Positions 11,758 to 20,896 of a stretch of 64,000 nucleotides of DNA are shown here, piece after piece. The stretch is taken from NCBI GenBank assembly GCA_003221655.1, contig QHSV01000236.1, forward strand, positions 1,041 to 65,040. The letters run 5' to 3'. The position numbers and the translations under genes were made by a program. The notes under the pieces are model-generated. The model was given only the letters and a program-made list of their open reading frames with translations, did no database searches and was not told the origin of the DNA. The stretch's first letter is position 1. Each line of letters opens with the position of its first letter. This DNA is from Candidatus Rokuibacteriota bacterium (GTDB lineage Bacteria > Methylomirabilota > Methylomirabilia > Rokubacteriales > CSP1-6).

Positions 11758-13110
11758 TCAGGCCCGCCCCGGCTGGGTCAGGCGACTCCTGTGGACCTGG
11801 GCCTGGATGTCGCGGACTCTGTCGCCGTCGAGCTCGATCTCGACCTCATGGTGCTCGACGTCCCAGCGGTGCACGGTCGCGAGCCAGCCGAGCCGCCGTT
11901 GCCGGTAAGGCACGACACGCCGCCCGCGGTAGACGAGGGTACGGCGGCCCGGCGCGCTGAGACGCTCGCGCTCCTCCGGGTTGGGCCCGCAAAGGCTGAG
12001 GATCTCGTCGTACGTCGTCTCGCCCGGCGAGATGCGCGCGAGCGTCTCGCGCGGGACGACTGTCCCGGTATCGTGCCGGGCGGGAGCGCTACTGCGCGGC
12101 CCGAAGTGAATGCGTCCCTGGATCCGCGCGCCGACACCCTTGGCGAGGGTCGTGACCAGCGGCCCCGCGAGGTTGCCCAGGACGAAGAAGAGCGTGGCGA
12201 AGAGGACCGGCGCCCAGGCCTTCCAGCCCGTGAAGTATCCGAACTGCACCGACAAGACTTGAGGTCGAATTCCCTCGGACGGATCGAGATAGGCCGAGAC
12301 GATCTCCGTGGCCCGGCGGGTCTCGCTCGATCGCCGCTGGCTCGAGCCCGGATAGACCTCGTGGATTTTCAGGTGATCCGAGTCTGCGAAGTTGATGATG
12401 AGCTGGGAAGGATCGTCGGCGAGGTGGACGACGCGATCGCGATGGGCAAGGTACATCGGGAACGTCGCGCGCGTCCTGACGTCGTTGAAGCTCAGGGTGA
12501 TCACGTGACGCTCGCCCCAGAGGACGTTCTCCAGCCAGGTGGCTTGCTTCGGCCGCCGGAGAGTCGTCAGGCGCATCCGGAGCTCGACGAGCCACGTGCG
12601 ATCGACGAGCCGGGGCGTCCACGGGATCCGGATCCAGCTCGCCGGCGCGCCCTGGCCGAGCGGGCCGCCCTCTCGGGAGTAGGTGACGAACGGCGCGCCG
12701 CCATCAAGTGCCTCGGGTCGCGGGCGCTGGGGGCCTGAGTACACGGCCCGTGCCGAGAGCGGCAGTCGTCCTTCCCGCGTCACCTGGAATCCACGCGCCT
12801 CGACGGTGCGGCGGAGCTCGGGCTCGGGCGCGCCGGCAACGGCCTCGCCGTCCACCTCGCCGGGCCAGAGAAGGTAGAGGTCCTGCTCGCGCACACCGCC
12901 GCTGACGGTGGCCGGCACCACGACGCTGAAGAGCACGGTGACGTCGACCGGCCCGGCGGCGGGCCCGACGTTCGCCCGGACGAAGAGCGGGCCGATCGTG
13001 AACTCGGGCTTGGGGTGGGTCGCGATGAAGACCTGGGCCGTCCCGACTCCCGGACTCGCGCCGAGCAGGATGAGCAGGCCGATGAGGATGGTAAGCGGAC
13101 GACTATGCAA
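11758..13110 (-). CDS. hypothetical exported membrane protein (paralog of 10420-11745)
   Basis: Aligns end to end with its neighbour (PEFTIGPLFVRA, RIPWTP, ADDPSQL, QFGYF, VYRGRRVVP). Start uncertain (TTG 13110). The track start at 13428 overlaps the SBP gene. Confidence 0.78.
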   Translation of the reverse strand: MHSRPLTILIGLLILLGASPGVGTAQVFIATHPKPEFTIGPLFVRANVGPAAGPVDVTVLFSVVVPATVSGGVREQDLYLLWPGEVDGEAVAGAPEPELRRTVEARGFQVTREGRLPLSARAVYSGPQRPRPEALDGGAPFVTYSREGGPLGQGAPASWIRIPWTPRLVDRTWLVELRMRLTTLRRPKQATWLENVLWGERHVITLSFNDVRTRATFPMYLAHRDRVVHLADDPSQLIINFADSDHLKIHEVYPGSSQRRSSETRRATEIVSAYLDPSEGIRPQVLSVQFGYFTGWKAWAPVLFATLFFVLGNLAGPLVTTLAKGVGARIQGRIHFGPRSSAPARHDTGTVVPRETLARISPGETTYDEILSLCGPNPEERERLSAPGRRTLVYRGRRVVPYRQRRLGWLATVHRWDVEHHEVEIELDGDRVRDIQAQVHRSRLTQPGRA

Positions 13111-13126
13111 GCGACAATGACTCGCG

Positions 13127-14098
13127 CTACACCCGAACAGGCGTGAACTCCCGGGTGTAATGGTCGGCGAGGAGGAGCTTCTTCTTGATGAGGCCGTGCT
13201 CGAGGAGCGTCTCCTGCATGACCACGAGCGCCTCCACGTTGATCTGACCGTCGACGGGCAGCAACGGACCGGAGATCTTGTGGGCGCCGAGCACCGCCTC
13301 CGGGGTCCAGCCGAGCTTCTTGGACACGAGCTCCGCCGCGTCTCTCGGGTTCTCGCGCATGAGCTTGAGCGCACGGAAGAGCGCTCGCTGGCTCTTCCGG
13401 ATCGCGTCGGTCTGCTTGACGATCGCATCCTCGGACGCGTACTGGATCTGACTGATCCACTTCGGCGTCACCGAGTCCAGGCGCAGGAGGACCTTGGACT
13501 TGCCCTGGAGCTCGGTCACCGCTCCGCCGTCGCCCCAGACGTAGGCGGTGATCTCCTTGCGGGCCATGGCCGCGAGCTGTGCGTCGAGGCCGCCGAGGCC
13601 GACAACCTGGACGTCCTTGTCCGGGTCCCAGCCTTCCTTCTTGGCGAGCATGCGAGCGAAGACCCACGTCGTGGCGCCCACGCGGGTGACACCGATCACC
13701 TTGCCCTTCAGGTCGCCGACCCGCTGGACGTCCAGCGCGACGTTCAGCGTGAAGTGGTTGCCCTCGGTGTGCGTCGCGATCATCTTGATCGGCGAGCCGG
13801 CCTCGCGGAAGACGAGAATGTCGGTGCTGCCGGTGATCCCGACGAGACACTCGCCGGCCATCACCGCCTTGAGAAGATCCGGGCCGCCGCGAAACGGCAC
13901 GAACTCGGCAGCGAGCCCCTCGGACTTGAAGAAGCCCCGCTCGAGGGCGACGATGACCGGGCCCGCCATCGAGTAGTCGCCGAGCACCGCCGTCCCGATC
14001 TTGACCGCGGTCTGCGCGCGGGCCGCGCGCGTCAGGACGGGGGTCGTCGTCGCGGCGAGGGCACCGGCGACGAACCGGCGGCGTGTGGTCACGGTCAT
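13127..14098 (-). CDS. NMT1/SsuA-like ABC substrate-binding protein, Tat signal
   Basis: TRRRFV signal, VALERGFFKSEGL, DLKGKVIGVT. AAGGAGG RBS before ATG 14098. Confidence 0.9.
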   Translation of the reverse strand: MTVTTRRRFVAGALAATTTPVLTRAARAQTAVKIGTAVLGDYSMAGPVIVALERGFFKSEGLAAEFVPFRGGPDLLKAVMAGECLVGITGSTDILVFREAGSPIKMIATHTEGNHFTLNVALDVQRVGDLKGKVIGVTRVGATTWVFARMLAKKEGWDPDKDVQVVGLGGLDAQLAAMARKEITAYVWGDGGAVTELQGKSKVLLRLDSVTPKWISQIQYASEDAIVKQTDAIRKSQRALFRALKLMRENPRDAAELVSKKLGWTPEAVLGAHKISGPLLPVDGQINVEALVVMQETLLEHGLIKKKLLLADHYTREFTPVRV

Positions 14099-14242
14099 GG
14101 ACGGGGCCTCCTTATCAGTCACAGGCGCCCCTCGCGCTTCGCGCTGCGGCGGCGCACATCCGGGCGGCCTTGACTTTCACACGACACGCGGTGATCGTAC
14201 AACTTCGTGAGCGGCGTCCACAATCTCACCGAGCGGACCTAG

Positions 14243-15028
14243 ATGACCGAGGCGCTCGTCACCTACGAAGCCAGGGACGGAGTCGGCTGGATCACGCTCA
14301 ACCGGCCGAACGTCCTGAACGCGCTGTCCACCGAGCTCGCCGCCGCGCTCGCCGATCACGCCGCGACCGCCGCGACCGACGCCCGCGTCGCGCAGGTGGT
14401 CGTGCGCGGGGCCGGCCGGGCGTTCTGCTCGGGCATGGACCGGACCGCGCTCGCGGCGGGGTCGATCGGCGAGGCGTTCTATCGGCACTGGAACCGCGCG
14501 CTCGACCGCCTGGAGGACATGCCGAAGCTCACGGTCGCCGTCCTGCATGGCTACTCGATCGGTGGCGGCCTGCAGCTGGCGCTCGCGTGCGATCTCCGTT
14601 TGGTCACCGACGACGCCATCCTCGGCCTCGGCGCGACCCGCCACGGCCTCGTTCCCGACGGCGCAGTGCTACGCCTGGCGCGCGTCGTCGGCGTGGGGCG
14701 CGCCAAGGAGCTGGCGCTCCTGAACGACCACGTGAGCCCCGCCGAGGCGCGCGCCATCGGCCTCGTCAACTGGGTGTGTCCGCGCGCCGACCTCGACCGG
14801 GCGCTCGCGACTGTCATCGGGAAGGCGCGCGGCGCCTCTCCCACCGCGACCGCCCACACCAAGCGACTGCTCCACGACTCGTTCCACCGCGACCCGCGCG
14901 GGCTGATCGAGGAGGTGCTGAGGGCGCAGCGCGAGTGCGTGGCGTCGTGGGAGATGGACGAGTCCAACCGTGCGTGGAAGGAGAAGCGGGAGGCGCGCTT
15001 CTATCCGCCGGCCGGCTTGCCCTCCTGA
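14243..15028 (+). CDS. enoyl-CoA hydratase/isomerase family protein
   Basis: ITLNRPNVLNALS, AFCSGMD, GGGLQLALACDLR. Confidence 0.9.
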   Translation: MTEALVTYEARDGVGWITLNRPNVLNALSTELAAALADHAATAATDARVAQVVVRGAGRAFCSGMDRTALAAGSIGEAFYRHWNRALDRLEDMPKLTVAVLHGYSIGGGLQLALACDLRLVTDDAILGLGATRHGLVPDGAVLRLARVVGVGRAKELALLNDHVSPAEARAIGLVNWVCPRADLDRALATVIGKARGASPTATAHTKRLLHDSFHRDPRGLIEEVLRAQRECVASWEMDESNRAWKEKREARFYPPAGLPS

Positions 15029-15029
15029 G

Positions 15030-15785
15030 ATGGCCGACGACGTCATTCTGGAAACCGAGGGGCTCACCAAGGAGTTTCGCGGCTTCGTCGCGGTGAAGGA
15101 CGTGAGGCTGCGCGTGCGCCGTGGGACGATCCACGCGCTCATCGGCCCCAACGGCGCCGGCAAGACTACCTGCTTCAATCTCCTGACCCATTTCCTGGCA
15201 CCCACCCGCGGGCGCATCCGCTTCAAGGGTCGCGAGATCACCGGCTCCCGGCCCGCGGACATCGCCCGGCTGGGTCTCGTGCGCTCGTTCCAGATCTCGG
15301 CCGTGTTCCCCCACCTCTCGGTACTGGAGAACGTGCGCGTCGCGCTCCAGCGCACGCGCGGCGCGTCGTTCGACTTCTGGCGGTCGGAGCGAGTGCTCGA
15401 CGGCCTGAACGGCCGCGCGGTCGAGCTGATCGAGGCGGTGGGCCTCGCAGCGTTCGCGCGCACGCCCGCCGTGGAGCTGCCGTACGGGCGCAAGCGCGCC
15501 CTGGAGATCGCGACGACGCTGGCGCTCGAACCGGAGATGATGTTGCTCGACGAGCCGACCGCCGGGATGGCCCACGACGACGTGGAGCGCATCTCGGCGC
15601 TGATCAAGCGCGTGGCGGCGAACCGCACGGTCCTGATGGTCGAGCACAACCTCAGCGTGGTCGAGAATCTCTCGGACATCATCACGGTCCTGGCGCGGGG
15701 CGAAGTCCTCGCGGAGGGCGACTACCGGAGCGTGTCGCGGAACCAGGACGTGATCCAGGCCTACATGGGCTCGGGCCATGCCTGA
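15030..15785 (+). CDS. branched-chain amino acid ABC ATP-binding protein (LivG-like)
   Basis: GPNGAGKTT, LPYGRKRALE, LLDEPTAG, VEHN. Confidence 0.93.
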   Translation: MADDVILETEGLTKEFRGFVAVKDVRLRVRRGTIHALIGPNGAGKTTCFNLLTHFLAPTRGRIRFKGREITGSRPADIARLGLVRSFQISAVFPHLSVLENVRVALQRTRGASFDFWRSERVLDGLNGRAVELIEAVGLAAFARTPAVELPYGRKRALEIATTLALEPEMMLLDEPTAGMAHDDVERISALIKRVAANRTVLMVEHNLSVVENLSDIITVLARGEVLAEGDYRSVSRNQDVIQAYMGSGHA

Positions 15786-16482
15786 GCCGCTGCTCGAGGT
15801 TCGCGACCTCCACGCCTGGTACGGCGAGTCCCACATTCTGCACGGCGTCGATTTCGAGATCGGCCCGGGCGAGATGGTGACGCTCCTGGGCCGCAACGGC
15901 GCCGGCAAGACGACGACGCTCAAATCGATCATGGGCATCGTCGGCCGGCGGCGGGGCTCCATCCGCTTCGAGGGCCGCGAGCTCATCGATCTCCCGTCCA
16001 ACCGTATCGCGCGGCTCGGGCTTGCGTTCTGCCCGGAGGAGCGCGGCATCTTCGCGAGCCTCACCGTCGAGGAGAATCTCTTGCTCCCGCCGGTGGTCCG
16101 GCCCGGCGGGCTCGGGGTCGACGCGATCTACGGGCTCTTCCCCAACCTCCGGGAGCGGCTCCGGGCGGGCGGCACGACGCTGTCGGGTGGCGAGCAGCAG
16201 ATGCTGGCGATCGGCCGCATCCTGCGAACCGGCGCCCGGCTCCTGCTGCTCGACGAGCCGACCGAGGGGCTGGCCCCGGTGATCGTCCAGCAGATCGGTG
16301 TCACGCTCCGGCGGCTCAAGAGCGAAGGATTCACCGTCCTCCTCGTCGAGCAGAACTTCCGCTTCGCCGCGACCGTCGCCGACCGTCACTACGTGATGGA
16401 GCACGGCCGGGTGGTGGACATGATTCCGAACGGAGAGCTCGACGCCAACATGAACAAGCTCCATGACTACCTCGGGGTATAG
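15778..16482 (+). CDS. branched-chain amino acid ABC ATP-binding protein (LivF-like)
   Basis: GRNGAGKTT, LSGGEQQML, DEPTEGLAP, VEQN. Confidence 0.93.
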   Translation: MPEPLLEVRDLHAWYGESHILHGVDFEIGPGEMVTLLGRNGAGKTTTLKSIMGIVGRRRGSIRFEGRELIDLPSNRIARLGLAFCPEERGIFASLTVEENLLLPPVVRPGGLGVDAIYGLFPNLRERLRAGGTTLSGGEQQMLAIGRILRTGARLLLLDEPTEGLAPVIVQQIGVTLRRLKSEGFTVLLVEQNFRFAATVADRHYVMEHGRVVDMIPNGELDANMNKLHDYLGV

Positions 16483-16524
16483 TGCCGGCGGACGACCAAC
16501 ATCTGTCGCGAAGGAGCGCAGCGC

Positions 16525-17736
16525 ATGACCATCGCACGCATCGTCGCACTCATCGGCGTTCTGGCCCTGGCCTCGAGCCCGGCCCGCGCCCAGATTTCCG
16601 ACGGCGTCGTCAAGATCGGGGTCCTCAACGACCAGTCGAGCCTCTACGCCGACCTGGCCGGCCAGGGCTCGGTGGTGGCGGCGCGGATGGCGGTCGAGGA
16701 CTACGGGGCCGCCGCAAAGGGCCTGAAGGTCGAGATCGTGTTCGCGGATCACCAGAACAAGGCCGACGTCGGCTCCCAGCTCGCCCGCCAGTGGTACGAC
16801 GCCGAGAAGGTGGACCTCATCCTCGACGTCCCCAACTCCGGCGTCGCGCTCGCCGTCAACCAGATCACCCGCGACAAGGGCAAGGCGTTCATCGTTTCCT
16901 CTGCGGCGTCGTCCGACCTCACCGGCAAGGCGTGCTCGCCCAACACGATCCACTGGACGTACGACACGTGGGCGCTCGCGAACGGCACCGGCAACGCGGT
17001 CGTGAAGACCGGCGGCGACACCTGGTTCTTTATGACCGCCGACTACGCGTTCGGCCACGCGCTCGAGCGCGATGTCGAGGCGGTCGTGCTCAAGAACGGC
17101 GGCAAGGTCCTGGGCAAGGTCCGGCACCCGCTCAACACCCAGGACTTCTCGTCGTTCCTGCTCCAGGCGCAGGCCTCGAAGGCCAAGATCATCGGCCTGG
17201 CCAACGCCGGCGGCGACACCACCAACGCCATCAAGCAGGGCGCCGAGTTCGGCATCGTGAAGGGCGGCCAGAAGTTCGCAGGTCTCCTGGTCTTCCTCAC
17301 CGACGTGCACGCGCTCGGCCTCGAGAAAGCCCAGGGGCTGACCTTCACCGAGACCTTCTACTGGGATCTCAACGAGAAAACGCGCGCGTTCGCGAAGCGG
17401 TTCGCCGAGCGCAATCGGGGGATCCATCCGACGATGATCCACGCCGGCGTCTACGCCGGGACGCTGCACTACCTCAAGGCCGTCGAGGCGCTCAAGAGCG
17501 ACGAAGGCGCCAAGGTCATCGCCAAGATGAAGGAGCTACCGACGGACGACCCGCTCTTCGGCAAGGGGACTATCCGCGTCGACGGCCGCAAGATCCATCC
17601 AGCGTACCTCGTCGAGGTGAAGAAGCCGGCCGAGTCGAAGTACCCGTGGGACTACTACAAGATCCAGGCGACCATCCCGGCCGAGCAGGCGTTCCGGCCG
17701 CTCGACCAGGGAGGGTGCGAGCTCGTCAAGAAATAG
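16525..17736 (+). CDS. Liv-type ABC substrate-binding protein
   Basis: Signal peptide, VKIGVLND, ADHQNKAD, ADYAFG. AAGGAG RBS. Confidence 0.93.
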   Translation: MTIARIVALIGVLALASSPARAQISDGVVKIGVLNDQSSLYADLAGQGSVVAARMAVEDYGAAAKGLKVEIVFADHQNKADVGSQLARQWYDAEKVDLILDVPNSGVALAVNQITRDKGKAFIVSSAASSDLTGKACSPNTIHWTYDTWALANGTGNAVVKTGGDTWFFMTADYAFGHALERDVEAVVLKNGGKVLGKVRHPLNTQDFSSFLLQAQASKAKIIGLANAGGDTTNAIKQGAEFGIVKGGQKFAGLLVFLTDVHALGLEKAQGLTFTETFYWDLNEKTRAFAKRFAERNRGIHPTMIHAGVYAGTLHYLKAVEALKSDEGAKVIAKMKELPTDDPLFGKGTIRVDGRKIHPAYLVEVKKPAESKYPWDYYKIQATIPAEQAFRPLDQGGCELVKK

Positions 17737-17743
17737 GCGCGGT

Positions 17744-17865
17744 GCGGCGGACGCGGGGCGGGGGCCAGGGGCGGCGAGGGGTGCTGCGACCACGCGGCAC
17801 GCGTGCGCATGGCCCTGCGCGGCTGGGCTCCATCCGGGCGCGGCCCACCCCGCGTCCGTCGGTGC
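17744..17865. repeat. family-2 repeat, copy 1 (long stem-loop with inverted arms)
   Basis: Arms GCGGACGCGGGG / CCCCGCGTCCGT enclose the core GACCACGCGGCACGCGT...GCGGCTGGGCTCCATCC.GGCGC (17788-17841), which recurs at 38653-38705. Confidence 0.7.
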
Positions 17866-17878
17866 GACACGCCTCGGC

Positions 17879-18763
17879 ATGACGATTTTGGGGGTGCCGA
17901 CGCAGGCGCTGTTCGGTCAGCTGCTGATCGGACTCATCAACGGCGCGTTCTACGCGCTGTTGAGCCTCGGGCTCTCGGTCATCTTCGGCCTGCTCAACAT
18001 CATCAATTTCACCCACGGCGCCCAGTACATGATGGGCGCGTTCGTGGCGTACTTCCTCTTGCAGTGGGCGGGGCTCGGCTACTGGTGGGCGCTCCTCATC
18101 GCGCCGGTCGTCGTGGGCATCACCGGCATCGTGCTCGAGCGCACGATGCTCAAACGCCTCTATCAACTCGATCACCTCTACGGCCTCCTGCTGACGTTCG
18201 GTTTCGCCCTGATCATCCAGGGGCTGTTTCGCCACGAATACGGCTCGTCGGGATTACCCTATTCGATGCCGCGCGAGCTCGCCGGTGGCCAGAATCTCGG
18301 CTTCATGTTCCTGCCCAACTACCGGGCCTGGGTCATCGTGTTCTCGCTCGCGGTCTGCCTCACGACCTGGTACGTGATCGAGCGGACGCGCCTCGGCTCG
18401 TACCTGCGCGCCGCGACCGAAAACCCGGCGCTCGTGCAAGCGTTCGGGATCAACGTGCCCCGGATGATCACGCTGACCTACGGGTTCGGCGTCGGCCTCG
18501 CCGCGCTGGCGGGCGTGCTCGCGGCGCCGATCTATCAGGTGAACCCGCTCATGGGCGCCGACCTCATCATCGTCGTCTTCGCGGTGGTCGTGATCGGCGG
18601 CCTGGGTTCGATCATGGGCTCGATCGTGACGGGCTTCGCCCTCGGAGTGGTCGAGGGCTTCACCAAGGTCTTCTACCCCGAAGCGTCGAACACGGTGATC
18701 TTCGTCATCATGGCGCTCGTGCTCCTGGTGAGGCCCAGCGGCCTCTTCGGGCGGGCCTCGTGA
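17879..18763 (+). CDS. Liv-type ABC permease (LivH-like)
   Basis: GLSVIFGLLNIINFTHG, VVVIGGLGS. Confidence 0.93.
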   Translation: MTILGVPTQALFGQLLIGLINGAFYALLSLGLSVIFGLLNIINFTHGAQYMMGAFVAYFLLQWAGLGYWWALLIAPVVVGITGIVLERTMLKRLYQLDHLYGLLLTFGFALIIQGLFRHEYGSSGLPYSMPRELAGGQNLGFMFLPNYRAWVIVFSLAVCLTTWYVIERTRLGSYLRAATENPALVQAFGINVPRMITLTYGFGVGLAALAGVLAAPIYQVNPLMGADLIIVVFAVVVIGGLGSIMGSIVTGFALGVVEGFTKVFYPEASNTVIFVIMALVLLVRPSGLFGRAS

Positions 18764-19737
18764 CGGCGACGGCCAACGAATACGTCGGGGCAGCCGCCCC
18801 GGCGGAGACGGGAGTGCCGATCCCCCAGGTGGTCGCCTTCGGGGTGATGACGACCATCCTCGTGGCGGCGCCGTTCCTCGTGTACCCGGTGTTTCTCATG
18901 AAGGCGCTGTGCTTCGCTCTCTTCGCCTGCGCCTTCAACCTCCTCATCGGCTACGTCGGGCTCCTCTCGTTCGGCCACGCCGCCTTCCTCGGCGCGGCGG
19001 GCTACGGCGCGGCGCACTCCGCGAAGGCCTGGGGGTTCCCACCGGAGCTGGCGATCCTCTTCGGCACCGCGGTGGCGGCTGCGCTCGGCGTCGTCATCGG
19101 CGCCCTGGCGATCCGCAGCAAGGGCATTTACTTCGCGAACATCACACTGGCGTTCGCGCAGATGGTCTACTTTTTCAGCGTGCAGGCCGGGTTCACCGGG
19201 GGCGAAGACGGCATCCAGTCGGTCCCGCGCGGCACCCTCCTCGGGGTGCTGAACCTGAACGAGACGCTGACGCTCTACTTCGTCGTGCTCGCCATTTTTC
19301 TCGCCGGGTTCCTCCTGATCTACCGCGCGATCCACTCGCCGTTCGGTCAGGTGCTGAAGGCGATCCGGGAGAACGAGCCGCGCGCCGTCTCGCTCGGGTA
19401 CCGCGCCGAGCGGTACAAGCTTCTCGCGTTCGTGCTCTCGGCGACGTTCGCCGGCCTCGCCGGGGCGACGAAGGCTCTCGTCTTCCAGCTCGCGTCTCTC
19501 ACCGACGTCCACTGGACGATGTCGGGCGAGGTGGTGCTCATGACGCTGCTGGGCGGGCTCGGCACGGTGTTCGGGCCGGTGGTCGGCGCGTTCATCGTGA
19601 TGGCGCTGGAGAACTATCTGTCGCAGCTCGGCGCGTGGGTCACCGTCGTCCAGGGCGTGATCTTCGTCGTCTGCGTGCTGACTTTCCGTCGCGGTGTCAT
19701 CGGCGAGCTCGGAAACCTCCTGCGAAAATCGCTCTAG
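18760..19737 (+). CDS. Liv-type ABC permease (LivM-like)
   Basis: GTG overlaps the livH-like stop. [27 protein letters not shown]. Confidence 0.92.
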   Translation: MTATANEYVGAAAPAETGVPIPQVVAFGVMTTILVAAPFLVYPVFLMKALCFALFACAFNLLIGYVGLLSFGHAAFLGAAGYGAAHSAKAWGFPPELAILFGTAVAAALGVVIGALAIRSKGIYFANITLAFAQMVYFFSVQAGFTGGEDGIQSVPRGTLLGVLNLNETLTLYFVVLAIFLAGFLLIYRAIHSPFGQVLKAIRENEPRAVSLGYRAERYKLLAFVLSATFAGLAGATKALVFQLASLTDVHWTMSGEVVLMTLLGGLGTVFGPVVGAFIVMALENYLSQLGAWVTVVQGVIFVVCVLTFRRGVIGELGNLLRKSL

Positions 19738-19753
19738 CGGGTCGGAGGGCCCC

Positions 19754-20554
19754 ATGGCGTACACGGACATCCTCTACGAGCAGCAGAGCGGCGTCGCCTG
19801 GATCACGATCAACCGGCCCGAGGTTCGCAATGCCTTCCGCACGACGACCGTGGCGGAGCTGACCGACGCGTTCCTGGACGCGCGCTGGGACCCGGCCGTC
19901 GGGGTCGTCGTGCTCACCGGCGCCGGCGACAAGGCCTTCTGCGCAGGCGGCGACCAGAAGGAGCGAGGCGAGGGCGGGTACGCCCCGGGTGCAGCGGGCG
20001 CGACCGGCCAGCGTCCGATGGACGTCGAGGCCCTGCACAGCTCCATCCGCCACATCCCGAAGCCGGTCATCGCGATGGTCAACGGGTTCGCGATCGGCGG
20101 CGGCAACGTCCTGCACCTGCTCTGCGACCTCTCGATCGCCTCCGAGAACGCCGTCTTCGGCCAGACCGGGCCGCGTGTCGGTAGTGTCGACGCGGGCCAC
20201 GGCACCGGATTCCTCGCCCGCGTCGTCGGCGAGAAGAAGGCGCGGGAGATCTGGTACCTCTGCCGCCAGTACTCGGCGCAGGAGGCTCTCGAGATGGGTC
20301 TCGTCAACCGGGTGGTGCCGCTCAGAGAGCTCCGCGCCGAAGTCGAGAAATGGTGCACCGAGCTCCTCGACAAGAGCCCGACGGCGCTCGCGCTCGCCAA
20401 GCAGTCGTTCAACATCGACTCCGAGCAGCGGGCCGGTGTGGCGCAGTTCGCCCACACCGCGCTCGGCCTCTACTACCAGACGGCGGAGGCGATGGAGGGC
20501 CGGAACGCGTTCGTCGAGAAGCGGCCGGTCGACTTTCAGAAGTTCCGGAAATGA
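19754..20554 (+). CDS. MenB/BadI-family crotonase (DHNA-CoA synthase or 2-ketocyclohexanecarboxyl-CoA hydrolase-like)
   Basis: [53 protein letters not shown]. Confidence 0.88.
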   Translation: MAYTDILYEQQSGVAWITINRPEVRNAFRTTTVAELTDAFLDARWDPAVGVVVLTGAGDKAFCAGGDQKERGEGGYAPGAAGATGQRPMDVEALHSSIRHIPKPVIAMVNGFAIGGGNVLHLLCDLSIASENAVFGQTGPRVGSVDAGHGTGFLARVVGEKKAREIWYLCRQYSAQEALEMGLVNRVVPLRELRAEVEKWCTELLDKSPTALALAKQSFNIDSEQRAGVAQFAHTALGLYYQTAEAMEGRNAFVEKRPVDFQKFRK

Positions 20555-20566
20555 CCGGCCCGGCGC

Positions 20567-20718
20567 ATGGCCGGGCTCCTCTCCCGCTACTTCGGCTTCA
20601 CGGACCGCTCCGCGGATCTCGCGACCGAGATCCGCGCGCGCTTCACGACGTTCATGGTGATGGCCCGGCCTTCGCCGTTTACTTCTGCCTGCCCTTGATC
20701 GAGTCCGCGGCGAAGTAA
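20567..20718 (+). pseudogene. remnant of NCS2/AzgA-type purine permease (N-terminus fused to a probable C-terminus)
   Basis: MAGLLSRYFGFTDRSADLATEIRARFTTFMVMA matches the NCS2 N-terminal pattern (TE..AG.TTF..MAY). It joins, out of frame, AFAVYFCLPLIESAAK*. Confidence 0.65.
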
Positions 20719-20756
20719 TCGGCGTTCCGTAAGTCCCCGTTATCCTGGTCAATTTC

Positions 20757-20785
20757 TTGACACAGCCACCGGGCTTGGCTAGACT
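20757..20785 (+). promoter_or_regulatory. sigma70-type promoter of the fadD/ABC operon
   Basis: TTGACA (20757-62), a 17-nt spacer and TAGACT (20780-85). Confidence 0.75.
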
Positions 20786-20793
20786 CTCGCCAC

Positions 20794-20861
20794 TGTAGCG
20801 GGGCCGTGAGCCGAGGGTGGCCTGAGAAGCAGACGCGATCCGGCTCCGTTTGGCTCTACCC
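20794..20861. repeat. family-1 dispersed repeat, copy D (shortened)
   Basis: TGTAGCGGGGCCGTGAGCCGAGGGTGGCCTGAGA...GCGATCCGGCTCCG...CTACCC. Confidence 0.8.
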
Positions 20862-20896
20862 GCCTTGGCAGTAACACAGACCGTTCCGGAGGCAAT

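Noticed and set aside
20794-20861. TPP riboswitch (GGGTGGCCTGAGA) or group II intron domain V (GAGCCGGAT on the minus strand)
   Set aside because: The CCTGAT/TAATGC/GCGTAGG half of TPP is absent. There is no DV hairpin with a GNRA loop and no intron ORF.
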